Origin: a virus | Taxonomy: Duplodnaviria; Caudoviricetes | Virus record (IMG/VR): IMGVR_UViG_3300005611_000113 | Span: 1 to 33,442 of that record | Reading direction: 5' to 3' (one strand) | DNA: 33,442 nt | Shown here: piece by piece, positions 32,201 through 33,442 of the stretch | How the letters are laid out: every line of letters begins with the position of its first letter | Numbering within the stretch: the first letter of the stretch is position 1 | The notes under the pieces: model-generated | What the model was told of the DNA's origin: nothing | Seen by the model: only the letters and a program-made list of their open reading frames with translations | The model's database searches: none | Program-made: the position numbers and the translations under genes

Positions 32201-33442
32201 GTCTCGATCCACGGCTCCATGGTCCAACGCCTCCTGAGCGAACTCGCGGACGCGGACTTGCAGCGGGGACAGTTGGCCAAAGGTCTCCTCGCTGACACCG
32301 ATGATGCGTTCAGCTGAGCGCATCCGTGCAGCCTTGTTCCGCTTGCCCTTGAGAGCGTTCTGCTTGCCCTTGGGAGCCTTGTCCACTGACCCGTACTCGT
32401 CGATCAGCTTGGCCTGGTAGTTCTGCCAATCGAGGTCCATCTCGTCCGCCTTGGTCTTCGGAGGTGCACCCTCGGGCTCAGCACGGCGGGCTTCGGCCAA
32501 CTGCTCCCGAAGGGCAGCGGCGCTCTGGGTGGCCTTGACTCCTCTGCGCTTGGCTTCGGCTTGGAGATCGCGGTACTCAGCAGCAGCGAGGTCAGGGAAC
32601 TCTTCCTCAAGGGTCTTAGGCTCGGCCTCTACGACAACCTCGTCCTCGAGCATGAGGTCTCGTTCGGCCTGGCGGTCCACCTCGAACTCGGGTCCGTTGG
32701 GATCCGCGAGGCCCTTCTCGGCACCTTCTTCGATGTAGGCCTCGTTGGCCTCCAGCAGCTCCTGCTTGCGTGCAGTGGTGGTGTTCTCAGCCAGGATCTT
32801 GACACGGTTCTTGAAGCCCTTGAGGACTTGCATGACACCATCCACGGCTACACCGGCGATGCCTCCTTCGAGCACGTTCTTGAGGCGCGACTCGAGCGCC
32901 CCGTCCTCGTCATCCTGGGCGAGGAAGTTGAGGACCGTGTTCTCCTCGAGGCCGGGGATCTCCCGCAGCATGTTTGAGAGGCGGGCCTCGTCCTCAGCGA
33001 AGACCACAAAGTCCGCCAGGGCACCCGTGGCAAAGTTCTTGGCGTAGATGGATGCCTTGAGCTTGGATGCCTGGCCTGTGATTTGACCAGCCCTTCGGAG
33101 GATCTCCTCAGCCTTTACTGCCTTGCCCGCACGCTCGAGCTTCGATGCGATCCTCGCGGCCTTGCCCGCTGCACCGATGCGCCCCGCGACCCCCGCGATG
33201 GGGATGAAGCCCGACAAGAACTGCGTCGTGCCCTCGACGAAGCTTCCCACCGTGGTAGTGGAGTGCCCAAGCCCGAAGTTGTCGGGGATGTCGTAGTCGA
33301 TCCCAGGGAGGATGGCGGGCAGCTCGGCAATGGACTCCACAGCACCCGCCAGACCACGGCCCACACCTTTGACAGAATCGAGCATCCAGCCATCTTGTGA
33401 GGCAGCGAAGGGGTCCTGAGTGGCGAAGGGGTCTTGGCGGCT
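29243..33442 (-). CDS. Internal virion protein D, T7 gp16-like; partial, 5' end off the right edge
   Basis: Frame is open to the window edge (SRQDPFATQDPFAASQDGW precedes the listed Met), >1399 aa. Motifs LESRLKNVLEG, PSRAL.ATDEFYK, PFIRTP.NI, ITGAGP, GWQPYS; upstream of the tail fibre. Confidence 0.85.
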   Translation of the reverse strand, partial: SRQDPFATQDPFAASQDGWMLDSVKGVGRGLAGAVESIAELPAILPGIDYDIPDNFGLGHSTTTVGSFVEGTTQFLSGFIPIAGVAGRIGAAGKAARIASKLERAGKAVKAEEILRRAGQITGQASKLKASIYAKNFATGALADFVVFAEDEARLSNMLREIPGLEENTVLNFLAQDDEDGALESRLKNVLEGGIAGVAVDGVMQVLKGFKNRVKILAENTTTARKQELLEANEAYIEEGAEKGLADPNGPEFEVDRQAERDLMLEDEVVVEAEPKTLEEEFPDLAAAEYRDLQAEAKRRGVKATQSAAALREQLAEARRAEPEGAPPKTKADEMDLDWQNYQAKLIDEYGSVDKAPKGKQNALKGKRNKAARMRSAERIIGVSEETFGQLSPLQVRVREFAQEALDHGAVDRDQALEAVSRIEEALANGEDVLEKLAGVVNTATLSPGANRKLAILYAVQDAADNAVDHLGNPLPKEQVGKGATVDRPRGRGAKEGFVEASEREAGERAWAHLWGQKPEEVAAWSKRLAASIGEDSLNATALLGYIDRHLNDMELLHRAAKGDQAALKKVELTQDQALIAVGHAERDAAELFKGWNAIRREHGRALHRHQARAARMMTPEMMEISIREMGGRDAVLSRGDKLFEARNLGGKNNMAAVRMIEKFDRKAQFSFMLNEYFVNFVLSSVRTFSTNTLGNLATTVYGPMEALLGARVGQGIAHLKGKPTEAYAAEAARALDEFSALYTQFSEALRWGRRAWKKGDYILDDTAAALDLPQHMKEAWNAKNAGSVLGRELDPEKGLGHAIEWFGSFLRLPSRALMATDEFYKQWNYRSSVTADLLFEGRKKLAAGEIDNLDEFVRVELDALTRRGQALTERNLQIAARKKFRPDHPKYQHALGIEEMEADQRAWMQQQMGNLEVLDRGLLAERALEKARYRTFTKELDSEAGALSSLGVSMTEFGNRHPLFRLFVPFIRTPLNILMYAGERTALPGLNKDITGAAEYLYKVKFKDQGLDTLRNRFAREITSDDAAVRSAALGRASAAMGFASVFSVAALAGTITGAGPRDRNQRNLMTQAGWQPYSFKFGDTYVSYQKMDPFATILGIYADIADAGKFSEASQNEDEGVLVAALISVLHNIESKSYLQGLVQVSSLIDEPERAVEQTGGRLLAALTTPSLVASLRDVTDQNRVSVRSMAGVRSMVDRMLSRVPLLGAAMLDPQRTVLGEPVDKKTFDGAARYAADATNVLLPLLINQTSDDLVTNELAALAFPLTLPQPKKYGTDLTDYQNSSGQSAYDRWLELSGTVRLGEGSGRTLRQQLRRLIQSRRYQELPTDGVSELDADSPRVSEVQRIITRYRAAALRQMLTEFPEVRAQARNQTIANEALRRGVSVDVVRDVLFPMQ

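Noticed and set aside
411-32977. Many long plus-strand ORFs (for example 3229-4347, 10050-11285, 17287-18354, 18430-19563)
   Set aside because: They are antisense shadows of high-GC3 minus-strand genes, with no motifs or plausible composition.
1-33442. Integrated prophage with host flanks, or exact terminal overlap
   Set aside because: Both edges fall within adjacent phage genes (gp15 and gp16), no host genes are present, and the two ends share no visible overlap, so a small gap remains.

Overview
The window is an almost complete (~34 kb), circularly permuted genome of a high-GC T7-like podophage (Autographiviridae-like). All credible genes are on the minus strand. In transcription order from the right edge they are: internal virion protein gp16 (5' part off-window), tail fibre, tail-collar protein, holin-like protein, a tandem paralog pair, terminase small and large subunits, a repeat-rich genome-end region, a tyrosine integrase, a ~380-nt densely base-paired segment, small early ORFs, single-subunit RNA polymerase, SSB, RusA-type resolvase, primase-helicase, PolA, a free-standing LAGLIDADG endonuclease, 5'-3' exonuclease, a DUF1599/Nmad1-like protein, portal, scaffold, two envelope-targeted extra genes, major capsid, tail tube A/B and internal virion proteins gp13-gp15 (3' part off-window). 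No host genes flank the integrase, so this is the free or concatemeric form. The most interesting signal is the candidate structured RNA between the integrase and the RNAP operon. It has a loop-loop (kissing) complement and a long multi-branched helix, in a phage that has an integrase but no recognisable repressor. Also notable are the absence of an obvious endolysin, a possible unimolecular spanin, several repeat arrays near the genome ends and strong CTCGAG enrichment. All functional calls come from motif recognition and synteny by eye; no searches were run.
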